Position numbers and translations under genes: made by a program. 64,000 bases of DNA from Octopus sinensis (lineage: Eukaryota). Under the pieces are notes generated by a model. The model saw only the letters and a program-made list of their open reading frames with translations. It did no database searches and was not told the DNA's origin. Of the stretch, positions 14,160 to 27,766 are shown piece after piece; the first letter of the stretch is position 1, and each line of letters starts with the position of its first letter. Location: the NCBI RefSeq assembly GCF_006345805.1, contig NC_043004.1, forward strand, positions 37,076,001 to 37,140,000, in the 5' to 3' direction.

Positions 14160-14267
14160 CACACGATAACACACACACAACCACACAAACACACACACAA
14201 ACACACACACACAAACACACACACACACAACACTCACACACATGTGTGTGTTTATGCACGTGTATTT

Positions 14268-14305
<38 letters not shown>

Positions 14306-14587
14306 CGCAGAACACACGGGAGAAATAGAAATTAATACACAAAACTAAATGCATATTTTTTAATGCTTAAGTGCTTTACAACAAGATATGTGTGAGGTGT
14401 ATGTCTGCACATAGACATACCTTCGTTTAAATATATATACACATACACTTATATCTATGCTTACATTTATATATATACACGCCCATATGTATGCTTATAT
14501 CTATATACACAAAACACACATATACATACATGTTATATATATATATATATATATATATATCTCCCTTTGGTTGTAAAACATATTATA

Positions 14588-14648
<61 letters not shown>

Positions 14649-14904
14649 CAAATATACTTACATTTAAATATATATACACACATATATATGATTACATTAA
14701 AATATATTTACACACACATATACAGCTGCTATAACATTATATATGCATATATAATATATATATATATATATATATACGCATATACACTCATATAAATGGT
14801 GATATTTAATATATATGTACACACATGTATGCGCTTACGCTTCAGTATATACACGTATATGTCTACGTTTCAACATGTGAATGTGTTTACGTGTGTGTGT
14901 GGTG

Positions 14905-14935
<31 letters not shown>

Positions 14936-15272
14936 TGGTGTGTGTGTGTGTTTGTGCGTGTGTGTGTTTATGCACACCTACATAGTCTGCATTCATACAT
15001 ACACCTGCATGTATATTTTGGTGGAAGAGCTAGCAGAATTGGTAGAGCACCGGAATAAATGACTAGTTGTATTTCTTCCGATTTCTTGCATCCGGAGTTC
15101 AATTTCCGCCGAAGACAACAAAACAAGCTTCCATTCAAGCCCCGCGGTCGATGAAAAATCAGCAGACACCCCCACCCCTCCGCCATACACGCACTTGAAA
15201 TTGCTGGCGTTGTGCCAAAATTGGATAGAACTATTATGAATACAGATATAAAACGCACACACACACACACAC

Positions 15273-15958
15273 ATGTATGTATGCACGTATGTATGCACGT
15301 ATGTATGTATGCACGTATGTATGTATGTACGTATGTACGTATGTATGTATGTATGTATGTATGCGTATGTATGTATGTACGTATGTATGTATGTATGTAT
15401 GTACAAATGTACGTATGTATGTATGTACGTATGTATGTACGTACGTATGTATGTATGTATGCACGTATTTATGTACGTACGTATGTATGTATGTATGTAT
15501 GCACGTATGTATGTATGTATGTATGTATGCACGTATGTATGTATGTATGTATGTATGTATGCATGTACAAATGTACGTATGTATGTATGTACGTACGTAC
15601 GTATGTATGTATGTATGTACGTATGTATGTATGTACGTATGCATGTATGTATGCACGTACGTATGTATGTACAAATGTACGTATGTATGTACGTACGTAT
15701 GTATGTATGCACGTATGTATGTATGTATGTATGTATGTATGTATGCATGTACGTATGTATGCATGTACGTATGTACGTATGTACCCATGTATGTATGTAT
15801 ATATTTATGCATGTACATATGTATGTATATATGTATGTATGTATGCACGTATGTATGCACGTATGTATGTACGTACGTATGTATGTGTATGTATGCACGT
15901 ATGTATGTATGTATGCACGTATGTATGTATGTATGTATGTATGTATGTATGTATGTAT
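15273..15958. repeat. Compound tetranucleotide array (GTAT/GTAC/GCAC/GCAT)n
   Basis: About 690 bp of 4-bp units read directly. Confidence 0.95.
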
Positions 15959-16417
15959 GACGACGAAGAGTGTGACTGATATCATTTGATTTGCACAACT
16001 TTCCGTGTGAGTGTGTGTGGTGTGTGGCTGTTATTTCTAGCAATTGTCACTTGCCTGTAGTTTGAAATGATATTTACTACAACGGGCCACCGCCGCCACC
16101 ACCATCATCACCACCACCACCACTACCACCACCGCCGCCGAACCCGCCACACTAGGCCACCACCACCACCACCACCATCAGCGCCGCCGCCGCCGCCGCT
16201 GCCGCCCACTCGTACTTTCCAAACCATCCTCTCGTCGCCCCCCCCCCATCTCCCTCGACCAACGTTTTAAACGTCGCTCCACAAACTGCAAAAGCAGTGA
16301 CGAACAAACGGACTCTGTTCAGTGAACGAAGAAAACAGATATTTCTCTTCACACATGAACAAACCTCTACATAAGCACACATACGCAAGCAGCCAAGGGC
16401 GGGCGTATATATGTATA

Positions 16418-16458
<41 letters not shown>

Positions 16459-16679
16459 GCTGATGTGTGTGTGTGTGTGTGTGTCTCAATATATACAGAC
16501 CTGCATTTGTTTTGCTATCAAAAATCCTACGATGAATATACATGCAAGCTTGCCCGCGCCTCCACCTTCTCACCCTAAAAAAAAAAAAATAATAACATTG
16601 GCCTGGGTCGGAATGGCTATTTTGTGGGGAGAACATACGAACACACTGCAATTAATAGGTGCCTATTAAACGCACACAT

Positions 16680-16715
16680 AACACAATATATATATATAAT
16701 ATATCTATATATATG

Positions 16716-16764
<49 letters not shown>

Positions 16765-16893
16765 GTATATGTATGTACTATATATATGTATATTGTATAG
16801 GTATATATAAGTAGATATATATATATACATATATATATAAGTATATATATATATATATATATATTTATATGTATAGGATATATATATTATAGG

Positions 16894-16924
<31 letters not shown>

Positions 16925-17008
16925 ATATATATATGTATATATTATATATATATGATATAGTATATAGATATATATATATATATGCTATATATATATGTAT
17001 AGATTATA

Positions 17009-17097
<89 letters not shown>

Positions 17098-17104
17098 CTA
17101 TATC

Positions 17105-17136
<32 letters not shown>

Positions 17137-17210
17137 ATATATATATAAGTATGTATATATATAACAAATACACACATATACATACATATATATATATGTA
17201 TATATATATA
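16680..17210. repeat. Long imperfect (TA)n microsatellite
   Basis: Read directly. Confidence 0.95.
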
Positions 17211-17249
17211 AATATATTCCCCCGACTATGCGGGTGTTGTTACATTCCA

Positions 17250-17429
17250 AAACACTCCGCGATATGTGAAAATCTGCGAGGTAGAATAGTACTGTATTAT
17301 ATATATATATATATTTTAATAATTTGTATACATTTATTTTATTATAAATGCAAAACAACACCACGTAGGAATCGACGTAAGCTTAAAGAACAAACCGCGA
17401 TAGGCGAACCGCGATGAAGCGACGGATGA

Positions 17430-17434
<5 letters not shown>
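17250..17434 (+). mobile_element. pogo/Tigger-like DNA transposon terminal fragment
   Basis: Ends CCGCGATAGGCGAACCGCGATGAAGCGACGGATGACTG, resembling the right TIR of Tigger/pogo-type MITEs. No matching left end found. Confidence 0.45.
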
Positions 17435-17496
<62 letters not shown>

Positions 17497-17744
17497 TGCA
17501 TATATGTGTGTGTGTATGTGTGTGTATGCATATATATATTGTGTGTATATATATATGCGTGTATATATATATATATATTGTGTGCATTTATATATACTCA
17601 AATATATATGCATACATATATATATGTATATATGCGTATATAAGTGCATGTAAAACATACGCATAGACACAAACATATACATGTGTGTGTGTGTGTATGT
17701 ATGTCTGTATATGCTCATGTACTTAATATTCATACATATTCATG

Positions 17745-18130
17745 TATATGGGCGTAGGCCCGTCTATGTGGTTAAGGAGCACGCCTTGCAACCACGAGGT
17801 TCCAGGTTCAGTCCCACAGCACTGCATCTTGATAAAGTGTAATCTCCTGGAGCTCCGAGCCGACCAATGCCTTCGGAGTGAATTCGGTAGACAGAGACTG
17901 AATGAAGCTTGTTGTTTATACAGGTATGTGGTGTGTGTGTGTGTGTGTGTGTGTGTCTATGTCCCCCACCATAGCTTGATTATTGGTGCTTTTAACGTTC
18001 CTGAAATATAGCGGTTCGGCAGAAGGACCCGATAGAATTAGTACTGTACTTTAAAAATTAAGTACTGCTGTCGATTTGTTCAACTACACCCTTCAAGGCG
18101 GTGCCCCAGCATGGCCGCAGTCCAACTACA
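17745..18130 (+). mobile_element. Degenerate OK-like SINE
   Basis: GGTTCAGTCCCAC...GCCGACCAATGCCTT...(GT)n...AGCGGTTCGGCAG...CAGCATGGCCGCAGTC. Confidence 0.8.
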
Positions 18131-19233
18131 CGAATCAAGATTTATATTTAATGCTGCTACCCCTATGAAATGTTTGTAGATACCCGTAAACGGGATGAGG
18201 GATTAGCAAAATCGATGAAATGTCGGATAAAAATACCTTGTGGTGTTTAGGTTGCTTACCTTTACATTCTGAGTTGACATTTACATTCATCCGATTAGGA
18301 TCGATAAAATATGGGGCCATTTGGGTTTAGTGGGACAATTTAGCCGATTAAAGCTACCCATATCCAAATTTACATGTGTGTGTGAATATACATACACCTA
18401 TATGCATTTATGTGTGTGTGTATGTGTGTGTGTGTGTTTATGTGTGTTTATGTGTGTAGTGTATATTATGCATAGCAGACAGAGAGTGCGATTGAAAGAT
18501 TTCGTTCTATGTTGTGAGACACAGCATTCAGCACATGAGGCAGCTCTCTAACAGTATAAATGTGTATATATAAGGATATATATATACACAAAAGCATTTT
18601 GAAATAATAATATAAACATTTTTTTTTTTGTGTGTGTTCAGAGGTAACTCTGGACCCTCGGGTATCTAATAGCGAAATATGATCATCGGCGAAAGGGAGA
18701 GACAATGATGATACGATGCTATCATAAGTCTGGTCCCAAGTTTTAAAAATTGCTTTTCATTTCAGCAATCATATTTCCAAATGTATATCTTTACGTATAG
18801 ATTATGTTGTGTGTGTGTGAGCGCGCGAGTGTATGTATTGATGTCAAACACACGTACAAACACAGAAAGATCAATAAAGATATGCATCTGTCTGTATGAT
18901 TGATTGCGTTGGCGAGAGTACATGACATGTATGCGTAAATATATACACACACATCTGAGTATGCATATAAGTATACACACACACACAACACATACATCTT
19001 ACATAGAAGCAGCATAGCATGTAAAAGGCCGTATGTATCTCGTTCGCTAAACACTTCAGGATAACGGGCTATTTAACTCAAAATGTGGGGACAAATAAAA
19101 TATTCCCAACTACCTTCACTATTTTATATTCGATCTGTCTTCTAGAACACACTGAGATCAGTATATATATATATATATGATAGATCGTTAGCTCCTACAC
19201 GCATTTTTTTCTCTCCTTGTTTTTTTCTGTGTA

Positions 19234-19271
19234 TCTTTCTGTCGAAGAGCGTAGGCTCGAAACGTAAAAGA
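19234..19271 (+). ncRNA. Minimal type-I hammerhead ribozyme-like motif (core variant CUGUCGA), inside a ~190-bp element between two (TA)n tracts
   Basis: TCTTT-CTGTCGA-A-GAGC(GTAG)GCTC-GAA-ACGT-A-AAAGA. Stem I TCTTT/AAAGA, stem II 4 bp, palindromic stem III ACGT, GUA cleavage triplet. Confidence 0.6.
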
Positions 19272-19367
19272 CTTTTTCTATTTCTATTCCTGAGCGCTAT
19301 ACTTATACATTTGTTTGTTTGTATTCTACCAGCCTTCGTCTTTTGTTTATTTTCGTAAACCTTCCCG

Positions 19368-19405
<38 letters not shown>

Positions 19406-20164
19406 TATTTTACCCGAATTTGTCCCTTGCTACTCTGAGGTTCACCTGTGAATGCAGGGGGTTTTCAGGCAAATTGTGGCTGGAGAATTGATGGGGTTTG
19501 CAGATTTTCTAATCTTGGGGTACGGTGATGGGCAGAAAGTATGATTAGAAAAAGGAAAAGGAATTTTAAAAAAAGGCGGGGGAACGAAGGAAGAGCAGAA
19601 TTAAGAGAGGGAGTTCAAAGTTTCGCCGGGCTTATAGTCTATTGAAGCTGTGTATTTCAGGAAGAACTTCGAAATCACTAACAAAATTATAAGAGAATTA
19701 ACACATGTATCCAGTCTTTTCTTCTGTCAATCTTTGTTTAATGCAACAACAAAAAAAAACGATTACTTTTAATTATTTGTGTGTATATATGTGTGTGTAT
19801 GTATGTATGTTTATTTGTGTGCATATATATGTGTGTATGTATGTAAGTATGTATGTATGTATATTTGTATGTATGTATGTATGCATGTATGCGCGCTCAC
19901 ACACACACACAAATACAGATAGGGAGGGACGGGGAAAGAGTTCGTGCACCGTGCATATAATGTAAAATACAATTTGTCACGCACACACTGACTCGTGCAC
20001 ACATGCAGACACAGGTTTTTATTTTTCATTTACTTCGAAATTTGCTATAAAATTGTGGTTTTTTTGGCCGTGTTGGCTGCTATTTCTAGCATGTAAAATT
20101 ACCTGTTAAAGGGTAATTTTCTATTTTGAAATACGAGTACATATATATATATATATATATATAC

Positions 20165-20195
<31 letters not shown>

Positions 20196-20202
<7 letters not shown>

Positions 20203-20591
20203 GTAAGTAGCTTGCTTACCAGCCACATGGTTCCGGGTTCAGTCCCACTGCGTGGCACCTTGGGCAAGTGTCTTCTACTATAGCCTCGGGCCGACCAAAG
20301 CCTTGTGAGTGGATTTGGTAGACGGAAACTGAAAGAAGCCCGTCGTATATATGTATATATATATATGTGTGTGTGCGTGTATGTTTGTGTGTCTGTGTTT
20401 GTCCCCCTAGCATTGCTTGACAACCGATGCTGGTGTGTTTATGTCCCCGTCACTTAGCGGTTCGGCAAAAGAGACCGATTGAATAATTACTGGGCTTAAG
20501 AATAAGTCCTGGGGTCGAGTTGCTCGATTAAAAGGCGGTGCTCCAGCATGGCCGCAGTCAAATGACTGAAACAAGTAAAAGAGTAAAAGAG
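20196..20591 (+). mobile_element. OK-like SINE
   Basis: Near-identical to 2302-2690. Confidence 0.9.
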
Positions 20592-21559
20592 TATACATTG
20601 GGGGGACTGTGCGAGCTATATACATACTCTTTTGTGTATACAAGGAAGAGAAAAATTCACTCGAATATGTTCGATGCGAATCTGTTTACACTGAGAACGG
20701 GCGCGTGTGTGCGTGCGTGCGTACGTGTGTGTGTATGTGAGTGTGTGTGTGTGTGTGTGCGTACGTGTGTGTGTGGTAAGATGTACTGTACTTCAAAACA
20801 CCCAAGTAGATATATTTACCCAAGCATTGGTATTATTACGAGGACATTAACTCACACATAGATGTACAAACATATTTACATACATGCGTATTAGAGACTC
20901 TCTCTCTCTCTCTCCTCAATTCACATACACACACGCACACACACACATACATACACACATACGCACACATCTACGTACGTACATACATATACATATATAT
21001 ATATATATATATATACACATACACGGATACAATATGTGTATGTATATGTGTGCGTGATTGTATGTGTATGCGTGTATATGTGTGTGTGTGTGTGCGCGTA
21101 TATGCGTATGGGTATGTGTATCTGCATTGTATGCATGTGTATGTCTGTGTGCGTGTATGTGTGTACGTGCATGTGTGTACGTGTATGCGTGTGTATGTCT
21201 GTGTGCGTGCATGTGTGTACTTGCTTGTGTGTACGTGTATGCGTGTGTATGTCTGTGTGCGTGCATGTGTGCACGTGCATGCGTGTGTATGTCTGTGTGC
21301 GTGCATGTGTGAACGTGCATGTGTGTACGTGCATGTGTGTACGTGCATGTGTGTATGCGCGCGTATATGTGTGTGTGAATACGTGTTTGAGTGTGTTTGC
21401 AGTGGAGGACCCAAGGAAGGGGGCCTGAGGGGCACGTGACCCCTCAAGGAAAGAAGTGCACCTTTCTAAATAATGCTATCACGCCCTTTTCGCCTGGAAC
21501 TGTATTCTCTTCTGGCCTTGTGCCCCACTCTTCGAAAAATTCTTGGGACTACGCCTGTA

Positions 21560-21792
21560 TATATTTCTTTACTACCCACAAGGGGCTAAACACAGAGGGG
21601 ACAAACAAGGACAGACAAACGGATTAAGCCGATTACATCAACCCCAGTGCGTAACTGGTACTTAATTTATCGACCCCGAAAGGATGAAAGGCAAAGTCGA
21701 CCTCGGCGGAATTTGAACCCAGAACCTAGCGGCAGACGAAATACGGCTACGCATTTCGCCCGGCGCGCTAACGTTTCTGCCAGCTCGCCGTC
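21560..21792 (-). mobile_element. tRNA-derived SINE (GGCGGCGAGCTGGCAGAAACGTTAGC family)
   Basis: Full-length reverse complement of the copies at 32435, 51810 and 60951. Tail ...GGGTAGTAAAGAAAT. Confidence 0.9.
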
Positions 21793-22553
21793 TTAACAGC
21801 TGTGCCTGTATAGTGTGTGTGTTCTACCTTGTAATTGTTTATGCTTTGGTGGACGTAGACTGTTTGTGTAGAGGACTAAGGGAGTTTGAAACTGTTTACA
21901 ATTCATTCAGAAATGGCAGGTAATATTTGATAAAGAAACTTTAGCTCCAGCCATGGGGCTGCTACATGGAATAAGTTCTCCGACTTCGGTCGTGGGTTTT
22001 TACTGCTGCATCGCAACATGGGAGCAGCCCGCTGTGTTGCTATTGTGGCTTCGTCGATTCGAACACACGAACACAAGAAAAACGAATGAAGCGGATGTCA
22101 CTGAAAGCTTTCACATTTCAGTTATACATACAATACTCACACACACACACACACACACCATACAAACATACATGAAAATGCATACACATATATACACATA
22201 CATATATAAACATACACACACACACATACACATGTATGTATATCTACACACACATATTAACCTTCTCAAACGATTTAGTACTTATATCTGAGGATGGATG
22301 GATGCATACAGGGACGTATGAATGCGTGCGTATGTATGTATGTGTATACACACACATACACACACACATAATGTATGATATATTTTCATATAGATGATTG
22401 TGTGCGAGTGTATACATGTATGCACACATTCATTAACACCTTTCTCATTCAGGTCTGTACGAACTCGAGGTCGATTTCACATTTAATAGTTTGTTTTTTG
22501 TAAATGTATGCGTGCGTATGTTTGTGTGTGTGGTATGTACGTATGTATGTATG

Positions 22554-22607
<54 letters not shown>

Positions 22608-22920
22608 CATATAACGCATGTAAGCATTATATACATGCGTACATATGCATACTGCATATATATATATATATATTATATATATATATATATATATTACACA
22701 CGCCATATATATACATGTGTGTGTATATTGAAATATTGAAACTGAGTAGACGGAAACTGTGTTGAAGCATTGCCTTTGATATCGTTAAAATATTCATCAG
22801 AGAAGGATGAAGCTTGAACTGGGTCAGGGGAGATGAAGTTACTATCATAGTGCCCAATGTAGAAGCAGTCGACACTCTTCTATTACTATATAGTAACACA
22901 CTATTAGTATTGGTAGTTTA

Positions 22921-22953
<33 letters not shown>

Positions 22954-22974
22954 CATTATTATTATAGAGAAACA

Positions 22975-24535
22975 GGTTTTGTAAGGGAGATGCAACCCTT
23001 CCTGACAGCAAACAGCGATCTTTGTTGTCACTCGTGTTAAGAACTAGCCAAACAGTTTGGTTTGGACGGGGCGTCCAAGAACTAGGATGTGGTCGAGAAC
23101 AGGGTGGCCAATCTCACTCAGAAATGTGTCAAGAAGTTGTCCGCTTAAAGGTCAGACGTAAAATTACCTGACCGTCGTGATCAGGCTGGAGCACATACTT
23201 TTCCGCATCTTATGGAAAGCTCAATGGAAAGCACGGGTCAGAAAATTCACTTGCTGCCAAAACGCACTTCATCGCGATCTCGGAATGTTGCCGTTGATGA
23301 AGCGAGAATACGTCCAGAAGCATCATCAAAAATATTCAGACTGCTGCGACAATGACGATGATGACAAAAATGAGGGCGAGCTGTTGAGGGAGCCCTTCAT
23401 GCAGCGGCACATCTTTTTGCAGATCATCTTTTTGACCGTGCTGTAATCATTAATCAAGTGTACACCGCAATTAAATGTCTGGCTTCTAGAATGTCGCCAA
23501 ACATTCGCGGCACTGAACTTGGACAACATCGTCGACAGCAAACAAGCCTCACATTCCAGAGCAGATTAGTATAGAGAATAAACAAGGATGGTGTGAGGTG
23601 GACTCTAGACTTTGGCGAGAACAATCTAAGAAGTGTCTGCTGGAGGACTCTTAAGTCAGAGTCTATAGACAAACCCCAAAAGTCCTTTTTAAGACAGAAC
23701 TGAAAAACCGAATTACCTGTTCGAAATCAGCTCTACAGACATGGAAGTGCTAACAGCTGTACCTGTCCGAGATGCGTGAGAGGAAACGAAACCATCCTGA
23801 AACGCATCAATGTCATTGCATTATTGACTCGTGGACTCGTGTTCAGCGAGACGGTAGAATTGTTAGCACGCCGGGTAAGATGCTTAGCGGTATCTCGTTT
23901 GACTTCACGTTCTGAATTCAAATTCCGCCGATCTCGACATTGTCTTTCATCCTTTCGGAGTCGATAAATTAAGTACCAATCAAGTACTGGGGTCGATGTG
24001 ATCGACTATCCTCCTCCACACAAATTGCAGGTCTTGAGCCTATAGTAGAAAGGATTATTGGCTTATGGACCAGTGTCGAACTTGTAAGATGAATCTGACC
24101 ATCAACCGAGAGAGGATCAACGCGTCATCATCCTTTGACGGGGAAGCCCCCATCAACTTGTTCGAGTACCACTTGAAGAGAAAATGAGAAAGAAAGAAGC
24201 ACTGCCCTTTAGTGTGTTTAACGAAAACTGGGTGGGAGAAGACAAACGAGGGTGAATGGGTCTACCTTGGAAATGTTTTTCAAAGAAACAGAGAACGCTT
24301 TTGATGTCTGTGAGGTAACCAGAGCTGTGTGTCAGGTTTCCCTGTCAACTACCCCAGATTCTCTTCCCCACTTACTGGGGAATCTTTTGTTTTTCATATT
24401 GAATTTTTGTTTTATCATTTATTTATATATATTTTTTTTTACCTCTTTTTATTTGATGTAAAACCCACTTTTGTGGGTCTGTATTTCGTCCTTGTATTGT
24501 TTTTCAGTGTATTGGGCGCTTGTGGTCAATAAAAG
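22975..24535 (+). mobile_element. Tx1/L1-like LINE 3' fragment, interrupted by a SINE at about 23845-24060
   Basis: Translates to YLTVVIRLEHILFRILWK..CCQNALHRDLGMLPLM, VWLLECRQ, YRHGSANSCTCPRCVRGNETIL (zinc-knuckle region), NLFEYHLKRK. These parallel the C-terminal region of the 40.5-42.4 kb element. Ends ...GGTCAATAAAAG. Confidence 0.7.
23845..24060 (+). mobile_element. tRNA-derived SINE, related subfamily
   Basis: GTAGAATTGTTAGCACGCCGGG...TTCAAATTCCGCC...CATCCTTTCGGAGTCGATAAATTAAGTACC. Confidence 0.8.
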
Positions 24536-25516
24536 TAGTTTTAGGTTGGAATTTAGGTCTTCGGGTATGTCAAGGTGAAAGGCTGCTGTCCATTCCTTCT
24601 TATAACGAATACGACACATGTTGCTTACCGTCCTTCCCCCAACCTCCACTCTCATTCTTGGTGGAAACGACATAAAAGACTTTCCAACAGTGACCATCCC
24701 TTAGCACTACATTCCCCGATATGTCACTTTTCTAAATTATTTCTTTCGTTCTTTAATTCATTAGAGCGTTCTAACCATCAGAATCAAATGTGTTCTGAAG
24801 GAGAGGTTGCTGCTATTTCTAGAAGGTAAAGCGACTACGTGGAGGCTTTCACATTAATTCGTGCCTCCTGAATCAGCATTGATCGAACATGTCCATGATC
24901 AAGGCCGTTCTACCCGTGATGATCCAAACTTTTAAACAGACATAATATATCTAAGAAAGACTATAACTATCAAACAACTACTTTTTGTAATGCTAGATGT
25001 GATGTGAATGAGATTAAGCGCCATTTCTAGCAAGTCAAAGTACAACGCAGAAGGTCTCTCATTCTCTACAGGTGGTTTTATGTGCGAAGAAAAGACACGA
25101 AAGCGCCTAGAATTTACTTTCAGTGTGTGTGTGTGTGTGGTGTGTGTATCTACGATTCTCTTTCCATTCCGTTCTTCGACATCATATCATCTCAGCTGCT
25201 ACGTTTCTGAAACTAATCGTTTGCACCGCATTTTCTGTCTCACCTAATTTCTCTTCTCTGCCGTCTTTTCTCTCTCTCTTCTCCAACTCCTCGCTTTGTC
25301 TTCCTCTCAATCTCTCGCTCTATAATTCCACTCTGTCATTTAAGAGATTGACAGAGAAAAACACATCCACCTCATCTGCTTCTACTCTCCCTATTACTCT
25401 CTATATTAAAACTATAATAGATTTCTTATCGATTGATACTTTCTCCCTCGTTTATTTTTTTACTTAAATATTTCTATCGCCTCCTTCCTTTCATTTATCT
25501 ACACGCGCGCGCAGAT

Positions 25517-25517
25517 G

Positions 25518-25579
<62 letters not shown>

Positions 25580-25582
25580 CAA

Positions 25583-25647
<65 letters not shown>

Positions 25648-25650
25648 CAA

Positions 25651-25708
<58 letters not shown>
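25517..25708. repeat. (ATAG)n microsatellite
   Basis: Read directly. Confidence 0.95.
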
Positions 25709-25709
<1 letters not shown>

Positions 25710-25957
25710 TGTAGAAATAGGTGCGTGCATACGTTAGACAGCTACACATACATATATGCACACATATACAGCTACACACACGTACGTGCATTTATACATT
25801 CATACATGCGAGCATGCATATCAACATTTTCTACCAATTTCGTGTGCGACAGATTACGCCGTGTTCCAACCATTCATTTTTCTTTTAATTATTCTCTCAT
25901 TCTTTTCTTGCTGATCCCACCACCACCACCACCACCATCCTCTCTCTCTCTCTCTTC

Positions 25958-25997
<40 letters not shown>

Positions 25998-26208
25998 GTA
26001 TACACATATACATATTTGTTTATTTATCAAACTGCATGTTCAAACTATTCCTCTCAACCACAGATATTTTCTTCTCTAACTCTCTTAACTTATTCACCTC
26101 TAATATAGCTGTGTGTATGTATGTATGTGTGTGTGTGTGTGTGTGCCCGCACACACACATACACATACACATCTATAAAAACTCACACAACACTGACAAT
26201 TATACAAT

Positions 26209-26248
<40 letters not shown>

Positions 26249-26396
26249 TGACAGACTGATAGACACAAAAGACAGTACCAAATGTTTCCTTCCTCCTTAA
26301 TCTCCATCTCTCCACCAAACTTCCTCTTATAATCTCTCATTTCATAATTTTATTCCACTTTTTTTCTTTCTCTCTCTATCTCTCTCTCTATCTCTA

Positions 26397-26464
<68 letters not shown>

Positions 26465-26964
26465 GAATACTCACACATTTGTCCGTCTCTATTATTTTAA
26501 TCTTGAATCCTTTTACTAGTTGCTGTTCTTTGGTAGATAAGTAAGGTATGCAGGCTGATAGGCACGATAGGGTACATGGAGATGTAGATAGATAGTAAAT
26601 AGGTAGATAGGTGGAAAGGTAGATAGACAGGTAGAGCGGTAACATGAATTTCTGATTACGTACGTTAACCTGTCCCAAAACGGTGCATTTGTGGAAAAAT
26701 TGATTGATTGTCGTTCCACCGGTCTCACTTTAGAAGGTTCAATTTAGATTTTTTTTTTCCTGAGTTTTTTCTTTATATTTTGAACAAATCTGGTTATCAA
26801 AACCGCCGGAAATCCCTCGTTCTTTAAATAAACCGTTTCTCTTGCAGATAAGATGGGCGTGCATAGTAAAAATTGCAGATTTCATAACTGTTGGTCGAAA
26901 TGGATTTTAGTTGAAAGATATATAGAAAAGAACACCTGAAACTAAATCTACTTCAAGTTTATTG

Positions 26965-27135
26965 GTTTCAAATGTTGGCACAAAGCCAGCAATTTTAGGG
27001 GAGGAGATACGTTCTAAAGGATGAAAGGCAAAGTCAACCTCGGCGGGATTTGAATTCAGTACGTAAGGACGGACGAAATGCCGCATAGCATGTTGTCCGG
27101 TGTGCAAACGATTCTACCTACACGCCACCTTAAAT
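26965..27135 (-). mobile_element. Degenerate SINE, internally deleted
   Basis: AAAGGATGAAAGGCAAAGTCAACCTCGGCGGGATTTGAA is the reverse complement of the SINE core. Confidence 0.7.
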
Positions 27136-27766
27136 CTGCTACAAATGTCTTACAAGTTAGTAATTTTCATTTTTTTATCAAAAATATGATAAAAGGTGGC
27201 AACAGACTAAATCGGTTGAAAAGATTCTACTTCAAAACAAAAAAAAACTATAGGTATTCTGTAACTCTCTAAATTTACAAGATGACTTCAAGAACCAATA
27301 ATTTTAAGAGACCAACTGAAGCCATCTAAGAAGTTACGTAGGCACAAAAGATCAGTACAAAAGACAAAAAAAAAACACTCTCCTATTATTTTCACATGGT
27401 GGGGTTTTTTTTACCTTTTTTCTTTTTTCTTTTTTCACTAATATCCATGTATTATTAGACCCGTCTCACTTTGAAGGTGAAATTTACTGGTAGAACCCTC
27501 CCTGAAAGTGAAGCTAGCAGAAAGAGGAGAAATTTACCAAACTAACTCAAAAAAATTGGATCTATAACTTTGTTAAATGGAAAGAAACCTTTAGAATTTG
27601 CCTCAGTTTAAATGTATTTGAAATTATTAGTTTATGAAATGACATAATACATCTGGTGTTTTGATAAAAAAAATATTCAAACTATAATTATGAAATATAT
27701 AATTCATTGAACATGTTGTATTTATGTTGACACAGCATCGTTTGGAAGTATTTATGTGACGTATTT

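Noticed and set aside
14993-16043. Long ORFs of 227-330 aa
   Set aside because: They are translations of the GYAY tetranucleotide array, open in several frames on both strands.
16067-16270. His/Pro-rich ORF resembling a transcription-factor linker
   Set aside because: It consists of CAC/CCG repeats only, with no adjoining domain or exon evidence.
21400-21558. hAT/Harbinger-type MITE (CAGTGGAGGACCCAAGG...CTTGGGACTACGCCTG)
   Set aside because: The terminal match is too imperfect and there is no TSD.
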